Shown: positions 10,225 to 19,086 of the stretch, piece by piece
Position numbering within the stretch: position 1 is the stretch's first letter
Layout: each line of letters starts with the position of its first letter
Source of the DNA: a virus
Direction: 5' to 3' (one strand)
Length of the DNA: 64,000 bases
IMG/VR virus record: IMGVR_UViG_3300031823_000006
Span: 6,151 to 70,150 of that record
Notes under the pieces: generated by a model
Seen by the model: the letters and a program-made list of their open reading frames with translations, nothing else
Told to the model about the DNA's origin: nothing
The model's database searches: none
Program-made: the position numbers and the translations under genes

Positions 10225-10254
10225 AGGGTAAGGCCGCGCCGAGAACGTAACCCC
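10225..10254 (-). promoter_or_regulatory. Late-type promoter GGGGTT-N18-TACCCT (tail operon)
   Basis: One of five sites with identical 18-bp spacing; 6 nt to GTG. Confidence 0.7.
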
Positions 10255-10257
10255 TCG

Positions 10258-10872
10258 CTACGGCGTGGGGACTTCATAGGCGCCGGCGACGCCAAGCGAT
10301 TCCCCACCGATCGCGCCTTCGGCGCCTGGCGCGCTCCAGCGCACCGTGAAGACGAGCCCCACCGTGTAGCGCTTCGGGTCCATCGGGTCCTTGATCGTCT
10401 GCACGGAGCTCCCGAGCGGGATGCGCGCCCACGTGTACGGCTCCGCTGTCGGTGGCAGCTTGCGTTCCGCGGCATCACCCACGAGCGGGATCGCCTGCCA
10501 GTCGAAGATCGGAATGTGCGCAGGCGACGCCGGCGCCTTCGCCACCGCGACGCCCGAGTCCAGGAGCTTCCCGAGCACATCAGCGATCACGTCCGCTTCC
10601 ATGCGCGATAGCCGCGGCTCAGCACCCATCACCGGGTACGCGCTGACCGTGAACGGCGCAAGGCGCTCGATCGCACCCTGCGGCGCCGTCGCCCGCGCGT
10701 CGAGCGTGCGCGCCGGTGCAGTCAGTTCGACATAGGCCACAGGACGCTCTTTGTCGCTCAGCGGTATCTCGTCCCCGAGCCGTACGCGCCAAGGTGGAGC
10801 TCCCAACCCCTGCGCGATCCACTCGCGCACAGAGCGATGAATGTCCTGGATCGAGTTCGTTGGCAGCGTCAC
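10258..10872 (-). CDS. Putative tail terminator/completion protein
   Basis: 204 aa; synteny between HK97 gp10-like gene and sheath. Confidence 0.5.
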   Translation of the reverse strand: MTLPTNSIQDIHRSVREWIAQGLGAPPWRVRLGDEIPLSDKERPVAYVELTAPARTLDARATAPQGAIERLAPFTVSAYPVMGAEPRLSRMEADVIADVLGKLLDSGVAVAKAPASPAHIPIFDWQAIPLVGDAAERKLPPTAEPYTWARIPLGSSVQTIKDPMDPKRYTVGLVFTVRWSAPGAEGAIGGESLGVAGAYEVPTP

Positions 10873-11468
10873 CGGCTGTTCTCCTCGTCGGCCCAGCGCT
10901 GCATCTCTTCGTCAGCGATCTTCGGAAACTCAGCTTCGAGATCGGCCACGGCCTTCGCCATCATGTGCGCCCCTCTCGTGCCGGGATGGTGGACGACCCG
11001 AGCGTAAACCACGTGGCCGTCCTCCACGAAACGCAGCGCAGCCTTCCCCACAACATCGTGCGCGAGCTCCGCCTGCGACGGTGGGCGCGTGCTGTCAGCG
11101 CGGATCGCCCGCGGCTTGCCGCTGGCGACAATGCTGGCCTCGCCACGGTCAGCCTTCGGCCTGATCTCGTGTGGGCGCGTGTCCCACTCGACATATTCCG
11201 CGATCGGATCGTCCGTCCACACTTCGAGCGTGAGCACGTCCGTCGAGTCGTCTGAGAACCTGATCTTCCACGAGCGTTGCAGCGTGCCCGGCGCGCGAGT
11301 CGAGCCGCCCAACCCCTCCACAGCATCATCGACGTGCTGGACCGGCGTGTAGTAGCGCACCCGTTCGAGTAGGAAGTCACCGCCGCGGCGCAGCAGCCGG
11401 TCACACAGTTCGTCCACCGGCTCCTCGCGGAACATCTCCGCAATGTCGCCCTCTTCGACGTAGCCCAT
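10869..11468 (-). CDS. HK97 gp10-like tail completion protein
   Basis: TPV..GTLQRSW, AEYVEWDTRPHEIRPK, ALRF..V.ARVVHHPGT motifs. Confidence 0.75.
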   Translation of the reverse strand: MGYVEEGDIAEMFREEPVDELCDRLLRRGGDFLLERVRYYTPVQHVDDAVEGLGGSTRAPGTLQRSWKIRFSDDSTDVLTLEVWTDDPIAEYVEWDTRPHEIRPKADRGEASIVASGKPRAIRADSTRPPSQAELAHDVVGKAALRFVEDGHVVYARVVHHPGTRGAHMMAKAVADLEAEFPKIADEEMQRWADEENSR

Positions 11469-11469
11469 C

Positions 11470-11907
11470 TCATTCGCCCATGCCTTCTTCGTTTTCGACG
11501 GGTTCAGCGGGACCTTCGGCGCCGTCGCTGACGCGGGCGAGCGTCGCCTGGTAGCCCTTGACCCATCCTGGCGGCCCGAGCGGTTGCGGTTCCCCGAGCA
11601 CCTGCCAGCGCACAGCTTCGGCGCCGGTGAGCTCGGGCGCCAAGATCAAGAGCTCGTCGTTGATCCGCACCTGCGGGATCGGTTCGCCTTCTTCGTCTAG
11701 GGCATCCCACAGCAGCGTCGGCTCGCGCACCTGGCGCCCCTTCGTGTCCTGGCGCGCTGGCCCGAGAGGCAGGAACAAGCAGCACGGGAAAGGAGCTCCC
11801 GTCTCAGTCGTCTCGTCCGGCTCGCCGGCGGCCCACGTCGCCGTGTCGTCGCTCTCCGCCTGCGTTACCGGCGTGGCGGTGTGAACGCATACATAGCTGA
11901 TCGGCAT
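11470..11907 (-). CDS. Putative head closure protein
   Basis: 145 aa; neck-module synteny. Confidence 0.45.
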   Translation of the reverse strand: MPISYVCVHTATPVTQAESDDTATWAAGEPDETTETGAPFPCCLFLPLGPARQDTKGRQVREPTLLWDALDEEGEPIPQVRINDELLILAPELTGAEAVRWQVLGEPQPLGPPGWVKGYQATLARVSDGAEGPAEPVENEEGMGE

Positions 11908-11910
11908 GGC

Positions 11911-12852
11911 CTAGTAGAGACTGAACCAGTGATCGGCCATCTGCGTCTCGTAGCCGCCGGGCACCTTCATACCGTCGATCGGCGTCAGCGCGGCGCCCGG
12001 CAACTGCTGGCCCGTCGTCTGATAGAGGAAGACGCCCCAAGCATCCTCAGTGAGCAGCAGCCGCAAGCACTCGTCCAGTTGCGGATCGGGGTCGAGCATC
12101 ATCTTCTGGCGCACTTCCCCGACCGTCATGCGCGACTCGCTGTACGGGCCGGCGCTCATCGACTTCAGCAGGCCCGTGTTGTGCGCCTCGATCCGAGCTC
12201 GCACGTGGCCGCCGATCGCCAAGCGCTCGCACTTCAGCGTGACCGCACGCTTCGCCACGGTGATAAGCCGGCCTGGCACAGCCACGAGCCGGTTCAGAAA
12301 CTCCTCGCCACCGCCAGCAGCGAGACTCCACGGTTCCCACGACCACCCTTCGGTGAGCGGTTCGTTCAGCAGTTCCTCCAGCAGTTCGCGTTCTGAGCCT
12401 TCGCCGGTGATCCCGATGTTGCGGCCAGTCAGGTTCGAGAGCAGCGGCAGCGCGTCGAAGAGGAGCGCCTGGAGCGCCGCGTCCCCCGCCGGCGACGGGT
12501 AGCGCGCAGTCAGCAGCTTCGAGCGCGCACGCATTTCGTCCAGCGTCGGGACCGGGTTCGAGCTCAGCGACGGTGGCGGCCACTGGACGAACTGCGCCAC
12601 GTCTTCCGCGCCGGCGGCGTCGATGAAGATAAGCCTGAACCATCCCGCTTCGAGCGGTGCCGCGGCGGTCGTCAGGTTGCGCGCTTCGGGTTCTTCAGGC
12701 GTGCCCGTCGTTTCAGCGGGGAGCGCCTGCGTTTCCACCGGCTCGAAGGGCGGCTCGGCGGTCAGGCCCTCTTCGATCCGCACGTGCGTCCAGGGATGCC
12801 CGTCGAAGCGTGAGCTCGGCTTTGTGTTGGGGAAGCTGGCAACGAAGGGCAT
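11911..12852 (-). CDS. Putative head-tail adaptor
   Basis: 313 aa; KSMSAGPYSES resembles adaptor motifs; synteny. Confidence 0.45.
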   Translation of the reverse strand: MPFVASFPNTKPSSRFDGHPWTHVRIEEGLTAEPPFEPVETQALPAETTGTPEEPEARNLTTAAAPLEAGWFRLIFIDAAGAEDVAQFVQWPPPSLSSNPVPTLDEMRARSKLLTARYPSPAGDAALQALLFDALPLLSNLTGRNIGITGEGSERELLEELLNEPLTEGWSWEPWSLAAGGGEEFLNRLVAVPGRLITVAKRAVTLKCERLAIGGHVRARIEAHNTGLLKSMSAGPYSESRMTVGEVRQKMMLDPDPQLDECLRLLLTEDAWGVFLYQTTGQQLPGAALTPIDGMKVPGGYETQMADHWFSLY

Positions 12853-12855
12853 CGG

Positions 12856-13461
12856 TCACACCACCATGTTCAGCACTTTGCCAGTCGTGGAGGACGCGCC
12901 GTGAAAGCCCGTCAGGGACGGGTTCGAGCCTGAGCCGTCAATCCCGAGATCGCCCGTCGTGTACGTCGAGTCAGCGTGCGACGTAAGCAGCGTCCACGCT
13001 CCCGCTTCGGGTTGATACCACGCTTCGAGCGTGCCGTTGTTATTCCAGAAGCCAAGATGCTTGCCGAAGAGCCCGGTCACAGCAGCCGATTCGGCCAGCA
13101 GCGATTCGACGCCGCCCGTCACCTTGAATATCTTCGCCACCCACTGTTCGCTCGTCGCCGTGTCGAAGAATTGGCAGCGATAGCCGTTGTGACTCGCTGC
13201 TTCCAAGCACACCCACAACGCCAGATAGCGTTCGCTCACGAGCCCCCCCGAGACGTACTTCATCGTGCAGGCGCCACGAGTGAAGCTGCTCGCGCTCCAA
13301 TAGGAGCCCGTGGCCGTGCTGAACGATTCCGGGTGAGCGCCCGTACCTGCCGCGCGCAGCGACAACGTACACCACGGCATCTTCGTCCAGTTGCCTGTTT
13401 CGTAGTGCGTCGTTTCCGCGCTCGTGAGTTCGTCCAGCAGCGGCAATTCTTCGAGCAGCAT
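12856..13461 (-). CDS. Putative virion beta-sandwich/lectin-like protein
   Basis: 201 aa, Trp/Thr/Gly-rich; translationally coupled to the fibre gene. Confidence 0.4.
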   Translation of the reverse strand: MLLEELPLLDELTSAETTHYETGNWTKMPWCTLSLRAAGTGAHPESFSTATGSYWSASSFTRGACTMKYVSGGLVSERYLALWVCLEAASHNGYRCQFFDTATSEQWVAKIFKVTGGVESLLAESAAVTGLFGKHLGFWNNNGTLEAWYQPEAGAWTLLTSHADSTYTTGDLGIDGSGSNPSLTGFHGASSTTGKVLNMVV

Positions 13462-14591
13462 CAGCAGATCGTTTCCACATAGAGAGTGACGGCGAGCCCG
13501 ACCGGCGTGCCTTCCACCGCAGAGATGACGATGGTGAGCAAGTCGTTGTTAGCGAGCGCCACGGCGGCCGGTTCGGTCGTGGCCGCCACAGTCGTCGCTT
13601 TGAGTGGTTCGCCTTCTGTCCCGAAGCCGGTGATGTTGGCCGCGTTCTTCTGGAGCCTGAACTTGACCTGCGTGCCAGATTCGATCTTGTACCTGACGCC
13701 CACGAGCTTCGCTTCCTGCCCAGCCACCACCGGCACGAACATGCCGGGGATCGTGATGACCGTGACCGACCCCTGCACGACGAACGTGTGGCCTTCGCGG
13801 AACTTCTTCTTGCGGATGCCCAACGCGAGCTTTGCTTCAGTGACGGCTTCGTTGGCGATCTTCGCGGTGCTCACCGCTTCAGCGCCGAGCTTTGCTTCGG
13901 TCACAGCCGCAGCCTTGATCGCCGCCGTTTCGACCGCTTCGGCCCCTAGCTTGGCGGCGGTAACTGAGCCTTCCCCGAGCTTCGCCGTGGTGACTGCGAG
14001 ATTGACAAGTGCGCCCGTCGCAACGGATTCGGCGCCCATCTGCGTGCCCGTGATCGCACCGGCGGCGATCTTCGCCGTGGTGACGGCCGCCGCCTTGATA
14101 GCGCCCGTTTCGACCGCTTCAGCACCGAGCTTCGCCGCGGTGACTGCACCGTTGGCGATCTTCGACGTGCCGACCGCTTCTTCGGCCAGCTTCGGTTCGG
14201 TGACGGCGCCGTTCTTCAGCTTGCCCGTTTCGACGGCTTCCGCGCCCAGCTTGGCGGCCGTGACCGCGAGGTTGGCGATCTTCGCCGTGGTGACGGCTTC
14301 AGCGTGCAGATCGGCAGTCGTAACCGATTCGGCGGTGATTTCCCCTGGCGGCCCTATCAGCGAGATCGGAGAGCCCGGCCACGTCGTCGCGCCCTTCGGC
14401 CCGTACAGCGCCGCCGTCACCGTGTCGAGGTAAAAGTCACCTTCCTGGCCTTCGGCACTGACCGGCGGGATGGTGCCGTGCAGGATCGTGTTCCCGCGCA
14501 GCATTTCCACTGTGACGGGAACGAGATCGCCGTGTTCGTCCTCTACCTCAAGAGGAACGTCGAGGACGATGAATGGCGGTGTGGGCGGCAC
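13461..14591 (-). CDS. Decapeptide-repeat fibre protein in the head module
   Basis: About 17 tandem (A/S)V(T/E)xAK(L/I)xxx units; N-terminal GxEGDFYLD..LYGPK motif. Confidence 0.7.
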   Translation of the reverse strand: MPPTPPFIVLDVPLEVEDEHGDLVPVTVEMLRGNTILHGTIPPVSAEGQEGDFYLDTVTAALYGPKGATTWPGSPISLIGPPGEITAESVTTADLHAEAVTTAKIANLAVTAAKLGAEAVETGKLKNGAVTEPKLAEEAVGTSKIANGAVTAAKLGAEAVETGAIKAAAVTTAKIAAGAITGTQMGAESVATGALVNLAVTTAKLGEGSVTAAKLGAEAVETAAIKAAAVTEAKLGAEAVSTAKIANEAVTEAKLALGIRKKKFREGHTFVVQGSVTVITIPGMFVPVVAGQEAKLVGVRYKIESGTQVKFRLQKNAANITGFGTEGEPLKATTVAATTEPAAVALANNDLLTIVISAVEGTPVGLAVTLYVETIC

Positions 14592-14612
14592 GGGCTCCCG
14601 GCCCTCCGCCTG

Positions 14613-15386
14613 CTAGTCGCCGGCTGGCTCGGTGGCGTCGAGGACGCCCTTGCGCGGCTTCTCGCGCGTTTCCTCGGCGTCGCGGTAATCGGCCTTCAGC
14701 TTCTCGCGCTCGTCGCCTTCAGGCGCGGCTTCGATCGCTTCTTCGATCTGCTTGACCGTTTCTTCCCCGGCGTCGCCTTCAGCACCGTCACCTTCACCGT
14801 CGCTGCCGTTGCCGGACTCCAGCGCATCAAGGCGGCGGCGCAGGTCTGCGTTCTGCTTGTGGAGCTCCGCAACGTCGCCGGACTGCTCGGTCGGCGTGAT
14901 CCCGACGACCATTCCCTTGCGACGAGCTTCAGCGACACTCGCGGCTCGCTCGCACGAGCTCAGCGCGGCCTCTAGGCCGGGACCGCTCAGGATCGAGTAG
15001 GGCAGCCACGACTTATGCACGCGGCCCTTCTCCCCACGAGTGACGAGCGTGATGATTCGAGTGCGATCGGTCGTGCCGCGCACGCCGACGCCCTCCAAGT
15101 TGTCGATCTTCAGCGTCTCCGCTAGCGCGTCCATGTGGTCGAGCAGCGCTTCGGAGCGCGCATCGTCCCACTTGCGGCGCAGCATCGCGCGATCGGCCGC
15201 AGGAAAGAGCCGGCGGTGATGGTCGATCATCCGGCGCATCTTGCGGCCGGCGCCGACTGCACCGAACGCCGCAGCCTCGTCCTGCGTTGCGTCTTCAGGA
15301 CCGAAGCGCTTCACACCGGGAAGGGGAACACGGGGGCGCTGTCCCTCGTCCTCGTCCTCGAAGCCTGTCTCGCGCTCGCGCGCCAT
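14613..15386 (-). CDS. Hypothetical post-capsid protein
   Basis: 257 aa, coupled to the capsid gene; acidic C-terminus ending KPRKGVLDA. Confidence 0.6.
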   Translation of the reverse strand: MARERETGFEDEDEGQRPRVPLPGVKRFGPEDATQDEAAAFGAVGAGRKMRRMIDHHRRLFPAADRAMLRRKWDDARSEALLDHMDALAETLKIDNLEGVGVRGTTDRTRIITLVTRGEKGRVHKSWLPYSILSGPGLEAALSSCERAASVAEARRKGMVVGITPTEQSGDVAELHKQNADLRRRLDALESGNGSDGEGDGAEGDAGEETVKQIEEAIEAAPEGDEREKLKADYRDAEETREKPRKGVLDATEPAGD

Positions 15387-16543
15387 CAGTTGTTGACCGC
15401 CTGGTGAGCGGACCTCGGATCACCGAGCGCCACGCCGAACAACTGCCTGATCTTGAACTTGATCTCGTCCCAATCCAGCGTGTAGGGATCGGAGTTGCCG
15501 CCGCCGTTGGCGTTGCGCATCCCGTTGTCCTCGATCCCGATGTATGGCTGCTGCTGATTGAGATAGAAGGCGATGATCCACGCGGGCCGCGACGTGTCGG
15601 CCGTGACGATCCAGTTCGTCGCGTCCTTCAGGTACTTCTCCACGATCACCGCATCCGCCGGCATCAGCGAGTCGCCGTTGAGCGGGTTCAACGTGCCGCG
15701 GGGGAAGTGGTCCGGGCTCATGTTCGTGTCCTGCGAGCTCGTCTCCTGCGAGCGCAGCACACGCTTGAAGATCAGACGGTTCGCCTCCGACCGGGTGAGG
15801 ATCGACTGCGGCTGTATGTCGATCGGGAAGCCCTCCGGGTCCACCGTGTCGGTCATCCGCTCCAGGATGGCGACAAGGTTGTCCTCGGTCGGCGTCGCTT
15901 CCGAGCCCGTGACCTGATTGCCGTCCGGCAACCCCTCGCGGGCTTCGGTGGTGAAAAAGGGCTTTTCGTCAATCCAGTCGGGGTTCGACTCGATCAACGC
16001 CGTGCAAGCCTCCGCGATGTACGCCGCGCTCATGCGCCCGAGCTCGGAAGGCGTGCGGTTCAGGATGATGTTGGCCTGATCGTTGACCACCATCTCGAAG
16101 GTCACACCGTAGATCGCACCGTGCTTGCCGATGCTGTACGGCATCCCGGCTTCCTCACTGGAGCGGGCACGCGGGTACTCGCCATACTCGTCCACCGGAC
16201 CCATCCCCGTCAAGCCGTTCAGCGCGGAGACGGTGTGCAGCCGGAAGTCCATCGCCTGCTCGACGCCCATGTAGCTCTGCCACTGAGCGGCGCGGCGATT
16301 GAAGCCCTGTCGAAGTGTGTAGCGAATCTGCGAGAGCAGGAACATCGGGAAGTCGGCGCGGCCCTCGGGAGCTCCCGAGCCGCGAGCGATCGGGTTCACG
16401 TCCGCCTCGCTGATCGGCGCGTCCTCCCAACCCTCGGCCTCCGCGAGCGCCTTCATGGCCTCGTCGTCCTCGCGCCATGATTCGTAGCGCTCGTACAGGT
16501 CCAGGTGCTTTCCGACGCGACCCCAATTCCCGCGACCCCGCAT
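15386..16543 (-). CDS. Major capsid protein (Mu gpT-like, HK97 fold)
   Basis: DFPMFL, DFRLH, VDEYGEY, YSIGKHGAIYGVTFEMVVND, LNQQQPYI, IKFKIRQLFGV..DPR. Confidence 0.9.
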   Translation of the reverse strand: MRGRGNWGRVGKHLDLYERYESWREDDEAMKALAEAEGWEDAPISEADVNPIARGSGAPEGRADFPMFLLSQIRYTLRQGFNRRAAQWQSYMGVEQAMDFRLHTVSALNGLTGMGPVDEYGEYPRARSSEEAGMPYSIGKHGAIYGVTFEMVVNDQANIILNRTPSELGRMSAAYIAEACTALIESNPDWIDEKPFFTTEAREGLPDGNQVTGSEATPTEDNLVAILERMTDTVDPEGFPIDIQPQSILTRSEANRLIFKRVLRSQETSSQDTNMSPDHFPRGTLNPLNGDSLMPADAVIVEKYLKDATNWIVTADTSRPAWIIAFYLNQQQPYIGIEDNGMRNANGGGNSDPYTLDWDEIKFKIRQLFGVALGDPRSAHQAVNN

Positions 16544-16935
16544 CAGAACGTATCCCTCAGATCGAAGTTGACCCAAACCCAACCCTCAACCGTGTCCACT
16601 TCCTCCTCCTGCACACCGAACTTGACGATCCCGCCGCCGGGTGCAGCCACGAGCGCGTTGCTCGCAACGGTGATGTAGAGCGGCGAGCCCTCTTCGGTGC
16701 CGCCGGGCAGAAGTTCGGAGCGGACGGCGTGGCGACCGGCGATGCCGATGACCATTTCCTCGCCCACCTTGATCTCCTTCGCGGCGACTGCCGCGGCGAA
16801 GCTCGGCAGCACGGGGATACCCTCCTGCGACTTGAAGGCGATGCCGGGAGCGCCCTTCTCAACCGTAGGATCGCCGTGACGGACTTCCTTCGTGGCGATT
16901 CGGGTTACGCGGCGTCCTGGAGCCTCAGCAGGCAT
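16543..16935 (-). CDS. Head decoration/cement protein
   Basis: 130 aa, between protease/scaffold and capsid. Confidence 0.6.
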   Translation of the reverse strand: MPAEAPGRRVTRIATKEVRHGDPTVEKGAPGIAFKSQEGIPVLPSFAAAVAAKEIKVGEEMVIGIAGRHAVRSELLPGGTEEGSPLYITVASNALVAAPGGGIVKFGVQEEEVDTVEGWVWVNFDLRDTF

Positions 16936-18413
16936 CAGTCATCGCTCCCCTCGCCGAACATCTTGACGGCATCCTCTGGCTTCTCCAAGACACCCTCGGC
17001 CACACCCATGCGGCGCCAGTAGGGAACCTCGGCGCGAGCCGTGGTGCCCGAGCGATCATCGCCGGAGCCGCCGCCCTGGTTACGCACGGGCGGCTTGCCC
17101 TGCGCTTCACGGACGATCTCCTGCATGTGCTCGATATCGGCCTCCAACATCTCCTCCAGCACCTTGTCGGCTGGCTTCTCGTCGTCGGCCTCGGCCTCGC
17201 AAAGTTGAATGGCCTGCGTCGCGCCGCTCGGCAGCATCGCATAACGCGACTTGAGATCGGCGCGCATCCTCGGCGTGATCCCCACGGCCGCCTCAATGAT
17301 CTTGCCGGCACGGTCGGAAAGCTGACGCTGCCCTTCGCGCTCGGTGACGATCTCCTGTGCGCGCTCCTCCAGGCGGTCGGACTGTGACTCCAACCCCTCC
17401 TGAATCTTCGCGGTCGCAGCGTCCAAGCGCTCCTCGATCATCTGCTCGAAGCGCTCCTCGGAAATGCCCGAGAGCGAAGCAGTTGACGATCCCGCCGCCG
17501 TCGTCTCCTCGGTCGTCTCCTCCTGGAGCGCGCCCTTCAGGTGCGGCGCGTTCTCCTGGACCCACTCGCGCAACGCGCCGGCGTCCATCTTGGAGAAGTC
17601 GGGAGTCGTCTGTGTCTTCGAGGCGGGCATGGCGTGGGCAGAAGAATAGTGCTCCCCCAAAAACGTAACCACTCGCGCCACAGCCTCCGCACGCTCGTCC
17701 TCGTTCAGCACCCGTCCGCCGGCGCCTCCACGGATCACCCAATCGACGCTTCCAATGGGCCGCGGCCGGATACCCTCGACGGCCATCGCCTTCGTGCCCT
17801 CCACCGTCTTCGGCTTCGCGCTCGTCGGCCATGCGTTGATCGAGCAATGCAGCACGTCGGGGTCACGCTCGATCATGGCGGCGATCGGTTCCTGCGGGAT
17901 CGCCTTGCCACGCACAGCGCCCTTCCAGTAGCCCATATCGCTGTCGTACTCGGCAACGAAGTCCGGGTCGTACCACGACTCAACGATGCGGCCACCGAGT
18001 TCAGAGACGGAGCGCCCACGCTTCTGCATGGCCTCCGCGACCTCTGGAGGCATGTGATCCTGAAACATCGGCCAGTTGCGAAACACGCCGGCGTTGCGCG
18101 CGAGCATGGTGGACTCGTACACAGGCGGAAGCCCTCGCAACCTGCGGCCACGACTGATGCACGGCCGCATGATCGCAAGCTGCACGGTGCCGTCCTCCTG
18201 GATCACCTTGCCCTTCTTCGGGACGATGATGCGCGGCGCGGCAGCCTCCAGCAGCGGAGCAGTCCGCACGTTGTCGTTGGGCGCCTCGTTCAGCGCGAGA
18301 TCGCCCATCGTGACCTCGATCAGCGTGTCGAAGTCAGCCTCCGTGATCGGCGCACAGCCAAACTCCTCCAGGAGCTCGTCTAGTTCGCGCTGCGCGTCCT
18401 TGGCCTTACCCAC
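16935..18413 (-). CDS. Prohead protease/scaffold fusion
   Basis: MFQDH, RSVSELGG, CSINA, SVDWV..GGAGGRV; acidic helical C-terminus. Confidence 0.8.
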   Translation of the reverse strand: MGKAKDAQRELDELLEEFGCAPITEADFDTLIEVTMGDLALNEAPNDNVRTAPLLEAAAPRIIVPKKGKVIQEDGTVQLAIMRPCISRGRRLRGLPPVYESTMLARNAGVFRNWPMFQDHMPPEVAEAMQKRGRSVSELGGRIVESWYDPDFVAEYDSDMGYWKGAVRGKAIPQEPIAAMIERDPDVLHCSINAWPTSAKPKTVEGTKAMAVEGIRPRPIGSVDWVIRGGAGGRVLNEDERAEAVARVVTFLGEHYSSAHAMPASKTQTTPDFSKMDAGALREWVQENAPHLKGALQEETTEETTAAGSSTASLSGISEERFEQMIEERLDAATAKIQEGLESQSDRLEERAQEIVTEREGQRQLSDRAGKIIEAAVGITPRMRADLKSRYAMLPSGATQAIQLCEAEADDEKPADKVLEEMLEADIEHMQEIVREAQGKPPVRNQGGGSGDDRSGTTARAEVPYWRRMGVAEGVLEKPEDAVKMFGEGSDD

Positions 18414-18420
18414 GCACGGA

Positions 18421-18450
18421 AGGGTAAGCGCGCGCCGCTCTGCAAACCCC
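18421..18450 (-). promoter_or_regulatory. Late-type promoter GGGGTT-N18-TACCCT (capsid operon)
   Basis: 7 nt upstream of the GTG at 18413. Confidence 0.7.
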
Positions 18451-18457
18451 GCAGCGG

Positions 18458-18706
18458 CTAGATGCCGTCGCCGGTCACAGCAGCCGGATCGAACAAGTCA
18501 GGGATGCCGCCCATATCAATCGGCGCCGTTTCCCCGAAATTGATCTCGGTCCCACTCGGGTAGCTGTCGGCCGGGTCCTTGTCATCGAACACCGTACTCG
18601 TGTGAACGCTCGCGGGCTTCTTCGATTCGGATTCGTTCGCAGCCTCGCGCAACCGTCGCTGGCGAGCGCGGGATGCCTCGATCGTCGGGTTGAGCGGTGC
18701 GCTCAC
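18458..18706 (-). CDS. Hypothetical protein
   Basis: 82 aa, coupled ORF. Confidence 0.5.
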   Translation of the reverse strand: MSAPLNPTIEASRARQRRLREAANESESKKPASVHTSTVFDDKDPADSYPSGTEINFGETAPIDMGGIPDLFDPAAVTGDGI

Positions 18707-19086
18707 GGCAGCGCGACCAACTCTCCCGGCGTGCCGGCGACTTCACGCCAGCCGTGTTCCGGTTCGGGCTCCGTGCTCAACTCCTGCGCACACTTCTGCG
18801 CTTCACCTTCGGTCAGCGGCCCGTAGTAGGTCTGCACTTCCGGCTCACCCTCCGAGCCGGTCTGTTCCCACGCGATGAAACTCGCCGTAGGGTCAACCGC
18901 GATTCCCTCTGGCGGCGTCTGAAGTTCCGCGATCCCCCATTCGTAATCGACGCCCTCCGGCGCGGGTTCGCTGACGCCGAGCACACCGAGCGCGGCCTTG
19001 GCTTCGTCTTCGGTGCCTGGTCCCCAATACTTCGGAGCTCCACCCTCGAAGCGACGCACCACAATGAACTGTCCCGATCCGGTCAT
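18703..19086 (-). CDS. Hypothetical protein with internal duplication
   Basis: YWGPGTEDEA and YYGPLTEGEA repeats. Confidence 0.55.
   Translation of the reverse strand: MTGSGQFIVVRRFEGGAPKYWGPGTEDEAKAALGVLGVSEPAPEGVDYEWGIAELQTPPEGIAVDPTASFIAWEQTGSEGEPEVQTYYGPLTEGEAQKCAQELSTEPEPEHGWREVAGTPGELVALP

Noticed and set aside
13461-14591. Diversity-generating retroelement or invertible fibre locus
   Set aside because: No reverse transcriptase, TR/VR pair or invertase seen; the repeats are protein-coding tandem units.
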